This document shows positions 24,481-38,400 of a stretch of DNA of 64,000 bases, piece by piece (the first letter of the stretch is position 1; every line of letters starts with the position of its first letter). The notes under the pieces were generated by a model. The model had not been told where the DNA came from, did not search any database, and worked only from the letters and a program-made list of their open reading frames with translations. Both the position numbers and the translations under genes were made by a program. Source of the DNA: Styela clava (Eukaryota); contig NC_135260.1 of the NCBI RefSeq assembly GCF_964204865.1, positions 14,198,001-14,262,000 on the forward strand, given 5' to 3'.

Positions 24481-27400
24481 CGTACCGAAACGTTCTCTGG
24501 TCCGATCTCCGAGCCGACAATGCGAGCGCTAACCGGTTTCGAATTACACCCCGGAACGTTCATCAATTTATGTAATAGCAAGTTCAGAATGATAAATAAA
24601 TACAGCAGAATAGGTGAATAAAATTGAACATTGTTAAAATTATCCGCTTGTTTCTACATAATTTTATTTCCAGAGGGAGTCATAAGGAACAGGATCAGTA
24701 ATCGAGCGACGCTGTATCAAGCGACATATTATCATCATTGAAATACAACTAATCAATTGATTAGCGATTGTCAAATTTGACGGTGTGTGATGGATCACTA
24801 TAAAAGTGAATTGATTTTTATAAACATGTGTAGGCCTGATTCCAAAACATCTAGCTAGCGTGTAGCATCCTAAATCGACTGCGAACTGGGTCGAAGAATC
24901 TAAGTACATGTCTCGTTAGTGGGCTAGTAACACGCTATTTCTAACAAAGTTTATTTACCATTACTATTTTGCTTCATTGTTACATCATAATAAACCATTC
25001 GTGGTTTAGGACGGGTATTCGTTCGCCAGTGCTATTTGCAAGTGCAACATGTGTCTACTGCCTACTATGGGATATCTCGATACAATTGCATTTCTAGATA
25101 ATCTCATCAACATTGCGCTATAAATGCTTGGAAACCCGCTACAAGGTGCGCAATTTTAATTTTGATGGCGATGATGCACACAAATAAATGAATCCCATAG
25201 AGCCCACATAAATTTTTGAAATGAATAAAACCCCAAAAAGAGACGTCTAGCGACAAATACATTTTCATTAGGCTAGTGAGTCACAATTAGTGTTCTGTCA
25301 TTCGTATCTTTGAATGTGAAGGAATTAAATTACCGTCATATTTTGCTACATTTTGAAAATTACTAAACAGATATTGCTCTCGAAAATATGTACACATAAT
25401 ATCTTTTCACAGTCATTTTTGCTAATATTCCGTATGTTTGTTTGCTCTGTACAATATTGAAGTATATCTCACTCGTATCCAATCCTAAGTTTACACTCAG
25501 ATAAGGATTATATTTCATATCCGGTAAATAAAACTTGGTCAAATACAGACAAAAAATAAAATTGTGCATTTTAGTGCGACACATACACTTGGCTCAAACA
25601 AATCAAGTCAGCTCAACTTTTCAACGCAAGATAAACGGAAGGCACAGGGATAAAGATATTTTTATATGTTTTGCGGCATGTCATACAGTAACATTTTACT
25701 TTTACAGTGGCGAGTAATGTATATATCATATTTTATACTTGCCATACTAGCGTAAGGCAAAATTCAAAGAGTATTCACTGTTTATTCTATTCAGGTTAGG
25801 TATATATAAGGTTTCATGAATGGTATTTTCATTTAAATATTAGAATGTTTAGCATACGTATATATCAAATCATCATATCATACACATCAGCGTTTTACAA
25901 CAACCGAAATATCTACATAAATTATCGCACCTTTGCCTAAAATGAACATTCTAATTTAAATATTATAACAGTTCTGAATCAAATTTAACATAATACTATA
26001 TTAAAAGTCCGTATCTGCATCGACACTACAAATTCTCTCACAAATATAGGACTGAGCAAGCCGGAATATTACTAAAGGTAACTAAATACTGACGCGTAAA
26101 TAAATTCCATCAAATCATTTTCCTACAGGATTTGGATACAAAGAAAAACCTGAAAAATAAAAATACTATGCAAAAAATATTTCTGTAATTATTCAATAAT
26201 GAATGTTTTTTTTAATTCTTACTGCCGTTGACTATACGCCTCAAATAAATTTGCGTTTGATTTGTGACCCATTAACAGATCCAAACAATTGCTTGGCAAT
26301 TTTTTATCGCTCGGCTGTGTCAATTCAGCTAACATATTATAAAACGCGATTACTGGTGATTAAAGTTTATTTCAATCAAATCAGGCGCACGTAACGCAAC
26401 AAGCTAATAACAAAAGGTTGTTTTTGTGAAAATTGGAAAGCATGGACCTCCCGCGTGGGATAAAAGGCTTAACCGTGGTGTTTTTTTTTTTATTTTGCTC
26501 ATTAATATCAACCTAACATTTCAATGTTTACTTCATTGTAGTATGTAAATAGCAACAAATATATTTGCGTTTCTTGAGTTTCATACAAAAAGGAAATTGC
26601 GAAATATGCTTTCAAGGCTACACAAAAATCGCATTCGCTGAAGGAACGCAAACAACACCGTTTTGAAACATTGTACAATTTTTTTTGTGTATTGATATCC
26701 TATTCCGAGGTGCTGATTTTCAGTAATATCACCAATCATGAAGGCTTGTACAGCACGACATAAATGTCGCGATTCTTCCGAGTTCCGATTTTATCTGAGA
26801 CAACCCTTTAAAATATTGAATATGCAATAACGCTCAACTCTCTATATGACACACGTGTCAATTACAGCAAAATTTGACAAACGTGTTTTGACTTTGCTTG
26901 GGAAAATATCCAACTAGTATATTTATTGTCCGCATTTAGTTTTGCGTTTTGTGGCAAAATTGAAATCTCGAAACTCGATATATTTCAGTACAAAAGGTTG
27001 CGACGCCTTTGAGTAAATTTGAGTAAAAAACACTTGTTACACGGATGATTAGATTTTTATAGTGTTTGAATACACTTAATTTTCGACCTTATATGCCAAA
27101 TAATGCTGCGTTAGAGAAAGCAGCATTAGGGCGCAATTTATGTGCATCCATATTTGATAAACCCGGCATTTTACTGCGAAATTTAATAAATGAGGGTCTA
27201 AATTAAAATTAATTTCTCGGTTGAAAAATATGTCTTTAAAATTAATTCCGTTGAAGCTAAGCGAACTTTGTATAATTTGTATTTGAAATTCCTCCAAAAA
27301 AGGTTATATTTTACTCGCCAATCAAATACACATCAGGGTGGAACAAAAGTAGGGTAAAAGTTATTAATAATTAATTAATTCAATAACTGCTACCCTATCT

Positions 27401-30400
27401 TTTGGACGCCCTATATATGAGTTAATACATTATCAAGTGCGGACATATTCAGTCATACATACTCGACCGTCGTGTAATTCCGAAAACTCTTTATCACTAT
27501 CTGGCCTTTTACTGTAACTGTAATGCTGCCCTAAAAGAAATACTTATCAGGTCAAAGCATATTTGAAATCATACTTCAATTTACAGCCTGTAAGTACAAA
27601 CCACAAGTTGTGCCAGATAAAAGTAAATACCTCTAAACAGTGATTCTCTATATAATGTTAAACAACAACCGGCGCCGGATAACCACAATTCATAATTTTG
27701 AATACGTCACTATTCCGCAGAACTAAAAGTATCCTGAGAACTCTGACGAATGAGACCAAATACCCAATGAAATACGTAGTTCGAAGATTACAAGTCCCGT
27801 TAAACTTTGAACTGTGGTGCGTAATGCCGTACGCATGCTATTTTGATTTTACCCTTTCTCCGAGATGTTAAACATTTGCACTTCAAAAAAATCAGCTTCG
27901 ATTATACAGAATTTCAGCTTTCGACACAGCCTATCTAATTTATCACGTCTTGTTGGCGTTGTTAGTTTGGTATATCCTCTTGTTTGACCCGGCTCATACT
28001 TTAAGATGCTCTCGATATAAATATAAAACCATTTTACAATATCCTCAAACTCTCTTCAAAGAATATAAAACCTTAATATCCAGTTTCGATTGAAATTTAT
28101 TTTAAAATCATAAATTTAATCAACTCGCCAAGATTAATTGGTGATATTACTTCTCATATCAGACGCTTTACCTCATCAACTTATAATTTCTCAGATACTA
28201 ATATATCATCACAGCACAATATTGATAATATACCTTATTAGAAACCCATCGATAATAATTTGACGATCTCATTTTATTGCCTACGTCACTCAGCATTCTT
28301 ATTTTGATATAAATATGATCGATATTATTGTTTGTTGTATGACTGGTTGAGTCCTTGGAACTCAGGAAGTGAATATATTTGTATTTTCGTCATTGGCTCG
28401 GCTGCCCGATAGAATACTATATACCATGGAACGAAATTTCGTTTATACCAAATTTAAAATAAAAAACGCTCATATTTTGTAATAATATGTAACCGTAGAA
28501 CGAGCGAAACCACCACGTAATAAAATTACGAAGAATTTCATAGTCGTCAATTCGTTTAGCTAACTAGCTAGCGACGAGAATAACATATTTTAGTAGCCTA
28601 TAGCCATACCATTATTTTACCAACAATCCAAACATCAAGTTTGAACATTTGATAACAGAACCTGTCGTATTATAATGTTCACGCTGTGAGTATTCCTATG
28701 TACAAACGCCTGTATGACCATTGGAATACAATTGTGGAACTCACAATAAAATCGAATACCGTTAATAGTCGTAATAATGTAACATTAATTTTTTCGGTAT
28801 CGAACTTTGATAAACAATTCGAATTCAGTTATAACAATGGATTGAGCAACCCTAATTTAAGGAAGTACGGCAGATATTTACAATAATGCAGTACTGATAG
28901 ATAAACGGTTATGATATTTCTTCTGCTTTTCCCATAAATTATTACGATTAAAAGCAAGATTGCGTCCGTGCGTGCTGACTTGATTCGTATATAATATTAC
29001 ATTATTTAGAATTTGAATTTAACGATTAATTAGATAGAATAGGTACAATCTTTCATTGATTACGAAACTGATGATATATCCATCTTACGTTAGACTTCAG
29101 ATAATAATGACGAGGGAAGATATTGGGTGCGTTTCAAGTATTTGCTTAAAATGATTTTATGCTTTTGGAACAATATATTTGTCGATATTATCCTTCCTCT
29201 TAATAGGTTTAAAGGTACTCCCTACTCACTCGTACCGTGTATAATAAATTTGATGAACGTTACGCATTCAGAAATATGAAATTATAGCAAAACCGGAAGT
29301 CCAATACTTTTAGTGATCTCTATTTTCAACACCGGATCCGAGATAATGTGACAAATTAACAACAACTTCGTGAGCAAAGTATAATTTATAACTTATTTAA
29401 CCTGACAGTAGCGAAACTTCACCCATTATATACTAATATCTAACGAAACATAGCTGTGCCAACGAACCTTGCTACGCTATTATGGTTTTTAAAATCCGCA
29501 CGCCACAAGTAAACCACTAATTATCAAGAAGACGAAACAGATTTCAATAGATAGTAAATTTTGACTATCAGAGAACATTATTGTTCTCATCAAGTACAAA
29601 AATTGATATTAGTTGTCAAACTGATTACAAATTACTGCTATTCTAAAACACAATATAAAAGCCTTTTAACGTGTGCACATATCAATGTTTTCCCTCAATT
29701 TTCTTTCCATATAATTAAATTTAAATGTCAATTTCTCATTGGTATCGTATAATTATATTTCTTTCGTAAAATCGAGACATAACATTCCTTTATTAAATAA
29801 AGCCATCTGCGTCACAGAGTCACAAACTATCGTCTAGGAAATACCGAACCTTATGGGAGTGCAAATTAAACTGAAGCTGAGCCAACAATTCATATATTTG
29901 TTGAAGGCGAAAAGACGGATATTTACGACCCTTTGGTCACATTGTCGTGTTTATCGAGAAATAAAATTGCTTTAACATCGATCGAGTTGGCATCCTGTAA
30001 CCTCAGCGCAGCCTAATTTTGTTTTTCATTGTTCTATTTTATTGCTTCGAGAGGCATACAAGATTTGAAGGGATGTCGAATTAATCCAACTTAATTGAAT
30101 TCATAATTTTTGCTGCAATCATTTTCAAATTTGCATAAATTTTTTTATGCACCTTTACAGGATATTATCTCCATATACCGACAAACTTATACTTTATTGT
30201 ATTAAGTTCGTGAAATTGCGTGCGACCTTGTTACAGCTGCTATTTTCACTTATTACACGTTGACTTTTAACCTTGCTTTGAGCCCTATAAAAGAATGATA
30301 TTAGGTCTGCTACTAAGCAACAATATCTCTTAGTTTTGTATGATACTATCATATCATACATTCAGCCCGAACATGGCTCCTTTCGAGAAACCACTCAAGA

Positions 30401-32415
30401 ATAAAAAACTTTTCTATGTTAAAAAAAAACTTCAAAATCCAGCTTTACAGGCTAAATTGAGAAAAACAATGAAATGAGCATGACCATCCCTCGTGATCTT
30501 CAAACTGCGATTCTAAAATAATTTGATCGGCGCTTTTCAAAATATTTGTGAATACGTTCAATATTTATAAACTTCTACCCGAGCTATAACGAGGTATAAA
30601 CTCCTGTTAAATTTAGCAGTATGTTTGGGTACGGTCGATTTCATTATCTTTACTAAACTGTTCACAAACCTACTAATAATAGGGCGATCAACCGTCTGTA
30701 TGAGAAAAATTCTCGGTTTGAAATTTCCTGTCTTTCAAATGAAAAGAGAAATACTTGACGAACATCGCCAAGTTTCTATAGTACGGAAAATGAGGAAATC
30801 ATTCATGTCATCCGACTGTCTGTAAAATTCGTGCGAGGCGTGAACGATATTCGTTCGCTTATTGCCCAGTGATATTTGTGTCGATTTGATAACACACATA
30901 AACAAATCATTGGCAATAAAACTAAAGTACAACTCACTATTCTACGATCTGGAATATTTTTATAACTGTTCAGAACTGTGTACAATTTTGGTTCATTTGC
31001 TCCACCAAGTCACAAAAACATTGTATAGATAAAAGCTTATACTGCCAACTTTGATTGATTTTATAGCGGTTATATGAACTGCACACAATGTTCCGTACCC
31101 GCAAGAATAAAGTTCAATAAAAATTTTGAGCAATACTAGACACCTGTAATAGATCACAACGACTTATAATCCAGCTTAATTTAATGATGAAGCGACCATA
31201 CCGATTTAAATCACGCTATATAATTGCACTGATTTTACTCCAAGTTAAGAAAAAAAGGCAATAAAATCTTTTTTGTGCTCCAATTATTCACGTGCTGTGA
31301 TGGGAGGTGTTGCGTGAGAATTTGTAGTACACGAATTGACTGTTTATATTAAAATTATAATTCGACTGTATGTGCACACAGCGTTTGAAAATCCATTTTA
31401 AAGCATGGGCCAAGATAAATTGCGTCATATTTCCAGTTTCAATTAACTTTTGGTTATTATAAAGAGGCTATAATTTTCTTCTTTCTGTAGTTTTAGGCCA
31501 CAGTGGCGTCTAATTAAGATATTATTAAGAAGTTGAAAACGAACCACGATCAAACCAAACCGGAACTTTTAGTCAATTGCCCAAGCCGTGGAGGTTTTAA
31601 CATCACTTCAACTCAATACCAAAACAACATTCGATTTCCTCAGTTTCCCATTCTATGGTTGTTGACTATGGCCATGTTCGTTGTGAGTCACTCAATGGGC
31701 AGAATAATGCTCAATAAAGAAATAATGATCAATTATGTTTAGTAGCAGCAATAAAAGACCGAGTACTAAATGGTTGGTTATGAAACCAGGCTAGCCGTTT
31801 AAAATTTGGAAGGTCAATTTTGTCTCGTTGCATTGTATCATATTGATAACATATTGTTTTATTTTTGGCTTGTCCTCAATTTTCCCGCCGCTTTACAGCT
31901 TTTCGCCGTAACTATAGTGCCGAGCAATTTCAAATTCACGGGGAATCCACAGAGCCCTATATTTTTTTGTTTTTGTTCAATTCATAAGAACACATTTTAC
32001 GACGTATTAGAACACTGTCGATCTTGTTCAGTAAATTCGGTGCTCAGCTAAGACCTCACTGATACCGATTCACGACATTTGTATCCCCATATATTTGAAC
32101 ATCGTTTGACTTAATAACACAGCGAGTTTTTCCAGCAGTTATAGTAGCAGGAACAGCTGAATCGCTTTTGCTGCAATGTCAATATTACACGATAATATAC
32201 GGCATTATCTTGTATTTGTATGTAGTCTAAATAAAATGTTAATTAAACTGAATAATACAAAATATAATAAGAACTTTAGTTTACATTCTTACAAGCGTGA
32301 GGCGTGTGCATTTAGTAAGCTGTAGATATGCAAATGTATATGAAAACCTATGCACAGTACTTAAAAAAAAATTTATGGAAAATAACAATATATATATGTG
32401 ATAAATTTTCTTGAG

Positions 32416-35400
32416 TTACAACTCCAAGTTTTTGTTCTGGGAAGCTGAATACATTTTTGATTTAGATGAATCACAATTGCCATTTTTGAGATTATCACAC
32501 TTGTTAATGTTCGAACTTTTTTGGGAATTATTTGGAGGTTCTTTTCCTCTTGCCAGAGCCATCATTGTGTCTGAAGTATTGTCGTCTGGTACCGCCGCCA
32601 TGTCTGACTCTTCGTAACTGTGGTTACTAGGGACTCTAAACGCTACTGTCGGACAGCCCTCAACATTATCGCAAATGAGTTTCTGTAGACTTGCTGTTTT
32701 AACTATATTGAATCCTACATCACCCCCGAACGTCACCGGTTTCCACCATCCTGGAGATCCAAGTGGACTACCGTAAAGACCTGAAATATACCAAGTTCAA
32801 AATATCATATAGGCATTATTTATGTATGCTAGTCGAGAACAAAAAACGACACCGAGGATGGCATCGGTGACCGAATAGACAAGAAGTTTGCATACAGTTA
32901 GAAAGGTTGGATTAAGTTAAACTTGCTTTCACGCAACAACTTATTTTTATCAAATTTCAAGCACTTACCTTTAAGAGAATACGGTGATCCCATTTCTGTC
33001 AATGTTTCGCCAAAAAGTTGCTTTTTTCTTCTTTTCTCCGTCATTAGGCCGAGATATAATTCCAATGCATCAATATCACCATAGAGTTCTTTTAATTCCG
33101 CTGCCATTTCTTTTTCGCCTGTGCAAGAATTGAATTTGTTAACAATCAACCATGCGTCTATGTTTCTCGATCAGAGAATGAATAATTAATACAAGCGATG
33201 CCTAAACTAGGCATGGCTTTATCACGTTCGTGTCTATTCTTGTGAGACATGTATGTGGACAAAACAAATTAACACATATTCGGAAAATAAGAATTATTAG
33301 TGATAAATACAATTTTAGAGATGGATTGTTTATTTCTTAACTATTTAATACCACTTGATGTTCTTGCCTGTAAAATCTTCGAATGTTGTGTACGGCTTCA
33401 ATCCAATTTTTTTCCTATAATTATTGAAGGATTGTAGTCGCATACTTCGTCCATCTTTTATAGCCTGTACTGCAACCGCTAACGTTCCTGACCCCTGATT
33501 TTTTCCTCCTGCCACCTAAATAAAACAATTTTGAAACGTTAAATAATGACAAATTTAGATCTATTCTAATTTGGTTTTTCAGTTGGTCTAATTGGAGAAG
33601 ATTTATGTTTTTCCTGAGAAATGAGCAATATTCAGAAATATATAAAAATAAATAAACTCAGTGAAAATCGGGTTTGATCGGTAGCAGGATTCCCTCTAGC
33701 GGATTGCACCAAAGAAACAAGTACATTCTCTACATTCTACAAAACAGGGGTGCGGCATACGCCACGATCCGGCACGCGGAACCTATTTACATGACCCGTA
33801 AGAGGTCTGGTATCTCAGGCGTGTTTTAATTGTTACGGCACCATCGGTGTTTTCAACGTTGTGTTGCGCGATAACGTCACACTGCAGTGAAAATTCGTCG
33901 GATAAGGGTTCAATAACACAAAACTTGTCTGTATTGGTTGGTATTATGTTGTAATTGTCCTGTGTTGGGAGAAAATTAAAATGTCTACCAAAAAACAAGG
34001 AATGGTCACAATGAATGGCGGTAGTTCAATACTCCGTGGAGTCTAGACTCTAGAATATATACTCCTTTGTTCAATGCAATCAAAATGTGGTTAGCGTAAT
34101 TTGTCAAAGCAAGCGATACTATTGTGGACAATAAAATACTTTGCGTTCATCGAAAAGTGTCTCAGCAGATGAAATATTGATGTATCTTTCTCATTTTACA
34201 GTGACTCGCCGAATGGACGATCTCTCGTTAAATTTCAAAGTAGAAAAACATTATAGGTAATTGTTGATCACAAAGGAGCCTATCACAGATTTGCATATTT
34301 TTTACACAAGCTAAAAATATATATATGGGTATTACACCACTCAAATGATACATATAAAAAGAAATCTCCATTTCGGTATCGTTTATGCTGCTGTGAGCAG
34401 TTCATTCTAAAACTGACGCTGTGTAAGACACAATCCGCGAGTAAGATCAAAGTTGTGCTAGCTCAACTTTTAGCTGCTAAGAAATAATGAGGCGTTCGAT
34501 GGTCCGGCTCTTAGAGTCGCCATATTTTTTTGTTTTGGCTCATTGCAATAAATCATTGCTCGTTCCTGCTCTATAAATTATAGGATACGTTTAAAGATGT
34601 TCGTTATATATAATTTTTCGGCATATTTGTTCATGGATAAAAATATTTTATTCGTTGACAATCCTTTTTAGGCAATAGCGCGCCAAAGGACATTGCGAAA
34701 ATTATAATGGGAAATTGGGATAAATTAGAATGATGAGAAAAAATTAAGGATCTGTGTTCCAAGCAATAATCAATTTCCTAACATTTTGAACAAAGCTACT
34801 AGTCTGCTACAGGCGACATTAGGGCAAAATATTTTCATTTACCTGTCCAGCAAATTGAGTGTTCAAATCTTGAAATGTCCTCTGTAAACCAGCGTCAATT
34901 ATTGGTCCCGGATTGAACAGTAGTTCTTTGATTTTGTAGGTTTTGTCTTCCAAACTGCATAAAAAACAATTGTAACTATCAACAATAGCTTACTTAATTT
35001 ACCAGGATCTTAATCTAAAACGGAGCACTTGACAAGATTCACTGACTGTGGCGCATCTGAACATATAGCTCTTGCTATTATTGTTAGGAACGTCGAGTGA
35101 AAACACTACAGTCCGAAAAAGTAACTTTCCACACATAATTAATAAACCTGATTCGGAGAGTCTCATACTGTAGTAATATGTCAGATACGGATTATTTTTA
35201 GTGTCTTGACACTATTATACCATTATCTATGCACAACTAGAGATGTACTGATACCACTTTTGTCGCCGATACCGATACCGATCCGATACCAGCTAAAAAA
35301 GCCGATACCGATATGCCGATACTACAGAAAGACCGATATTACCGATATTCCGATACCGATACTATGTAAATATTACTTAATTAGGTGTGCTGTGTAGGGC

Positions 35401-38400
35401 AGACGGGTTAAAACAATGGTCTTTGAGCGTTGTTCATAGTACACATTATTTCAGATCGAAATAAAGATATATCACATAATATGAAATTAATGTTTGGTGT
35501 TTGCTTTAACTGATTAAGATACACTGTACAGTAACGCTAGTAATCTCGGTGTTCAATTAGAAAACTCATAAGCCGGGATGTCCAATTTGAATTTAATGTT
35601 AATATCGCGACCTTCGAATATCGTTATTCGTGTTTAAAAGAATATCGAATATCACCCACACATTCTAGAGCCGCCGTCCTACGTTCAAATTAAAAGCATT
35701 TTTCAAATATTTTATTTCGTGGCTAATCGTAATCGTCGACGCAATAAGTCAAAGCCAACATGAAAGAATATCAATCAGCACCGACCAAAAGAAGGCCTAC
35801 ATATAACCGTCGAGGATGTTTTTTTACTTTACTATTTTATATTATTATGCAATTGCCATCATATATTTTGAGACAGTCTAGGACTCTAGGCCCTCTGGGG
35901 CTAGGCGGTCATGTCAATATATCTATAAAGAAATTGTGTAGTTAAACAAAATTAATATCTGCGTAGATGGATAATTGTGTCGGAATTTAGTTTATCGATT
36001 TCGTCGGACTAAATGACATTCGTACTTGACGACAAACAGTCAGAATTTATACCCGTGTCAAAAGTCCATGTGCCGTTAATAAGGACCCCAATTCCACTGT
36101 ATGATTTAAAACTGGGCGCCTAATTGCTTTTTGTTATGTGCCGTGTTGATATATATCTTCATAATTACTATGTAATATTAAAAATGTCAATATAAAAATT
36201 TGACAGCGAAAATAGCTAAAAATACGTGAATCCTATTCTCTCGCGGGGGTAGGGACATGTATGGCTCATAGCTTACGATCTCTCCAGACAAAAAATAAAT
36301 TAAAAAGTGGTATTCCAACTTATCTTTTAAAACATTCTGGACCATATCAAAAAGGTAAATATATCGGAAATATCGGCCTTAATCTAACCGATACCGATAC
36401 ATGGCCGATACCGAAAAAATGGCCGATATTGCCGATACCGATACCCGATACATCGGTACATCTCTAGTTGCACAACACCGCGCATATGCGTTTCTCAAAA
36501 TTTCAATAAAAACGGCTATTGCTGTGATGTTAATATTGACACCTATACGTGTAGCACGAAGCTACTAAACCTTTTATGTAAAATTATGTCAATGTATACA
36601 ATGAGGAACATTTTGGAATGACATTCAGAAAAAATTCCAATTCCAGTTAAAATACATCTCACTTACACAACATTATCTGGCATCAGTGCATGCCAGTGGT
36701 ATAAACTATGGAATTCAATGTGGATTTGATTATGATGAGACATTCCTTCGTTCATTAAAATATCTGGATCATACAATAGTTGAAAATGGAATCCACTCAA
36801 GTGTTGAACGTAGTCTTCAATAATAATTTTTATTGTTTCTCCTGGTAATCAAAAAATGTAAAGCATGAAATAAACATTTTACTTTACATTTTGTGTAAGA
36901 TGTTTATAACGTTAAAAATGATAAATAGTATTATCTTAAATACATCAGTGACCAGCAATCCCGAACTAAGTCACGTGGAGTCTCAAGTATTAATATCCAG
37001 CTATTTTGATGTCGACTTCACTTGAGTATATATTTAGAAATTGGAATAATGAATATTCGTGAAACATTGGCATTAAAAGTGATTGATTACCAGATAAAAC
37101 AGTTCCGTGACGATTCAATCAAAATTCCCACAAAAAATATTTTCACAAACTAATTTAACAGTGATCATAGAGCACTGTGAGAGCCTTTGTGTGATTGGAG
37201 GATAATTTTGTCGTATGAGTGCAGGAGTACGTCATGCTACTTGCTGTGTAAATTCATAACATTTAATGTCTTATAAAACAGCCATTAAAAACTAGCGGTA
37301 ATTATTAGACTTGGGTATACCTGTAATGATTAGTCTTGTTGTTTGAAAGAGTCTTTCATCGTCCCACTCTGGGTGTTCAACTTTGAGTATGTCACACACT
37401 CGATTATGCTCTCTGAATAACATAATAACAAACGAAAAATAACATTTTAATAATAGATAACTTAGCCGAATATACCCGATTGATTTTCTATGTTGGGGTT
37501 GCCACCAAGATATGGTTTTCCGAATCATCAAATTGAGTCGAGTCATAATACTTTCGCGTGTCACAGTGATACAAAACGCTGTTTCCTGATGGTACTGATA
37601 AACAAACAACTTGAGTCACTGTACAAATTTTAACGCGGGTCAGCTTACTTTCATCAACGGAGTCGAGTAGATTCCCACCACTAAATTGACTTGAGCGAAG
37701 CTGAGTTTATAATATTTATAATATTTCACTATTTTGCGAAACCTGGCAACGCTAGCCGCTGCCTAACCACGTCAAATATCGAGATAAACAAAATCACTCA
37801 AACTCACCTTATCCACAGTGTTGAATACAGTAGGAAAGTTGGCATCGCTGCGAACCCTTTATGACCAAATGCCAAACGATGTTCTTTTTTAATAAACTGC
37901 GATCCAGCCATTCTTAAACCTTCAGTATCTTCAAGTCGGGGCGGAAACGCTTCTCCGTTGAAGATAGAGACTTTCATTTTACCATCTTGGTGGGATCGCA
38001 ATGCATGTTGCCGCTGATCGGTATCACCATAAATGTGGGATATATCGACCTAAATTATTAAAAAAAATGTCATACGCTTGTTAGGTAGACGTGATAAAGC
38101 AGAAGAAAGCTATGTATTTTATAACAACGCACGGTGACTATAAATAATAAGCCACAAGGCTTTAATTAGGACTTAGTATGATTTACCGATTAATCAGATA
38201 ACAAAATGTGTATGTGATACAGGCCTAAGTTCTATCGGTAAATGTTGCATTAAGTATTATTGCTTGAGCCTCCAAAGGTTTCGATATTTTCAGCGCCAGC
38301 GATTGCACGAACCCATTTACTCATAATTTGTTCATATGTCGTAGCCTTGCTATACGTTTTGGAACTATTTGCCTTGTTTTATAGGATCTATCATGACTGA

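Noticed and set aside
24600-32400. Hidden gene or RNA gene in the long interval downstream of PTGS
   Set aside because: Only short AT-rich ORFs and small repeat fragments; I could not support any exon chain, tRNA or snRNA.
35260-36455. CCGATA arrays as a CRISPR-like array or a Pro-Ile repeat protein
   Set aside because: They are subterminal repeats of a hAT element with TIRs; there are no unique spacers and the context is eukaryotic.
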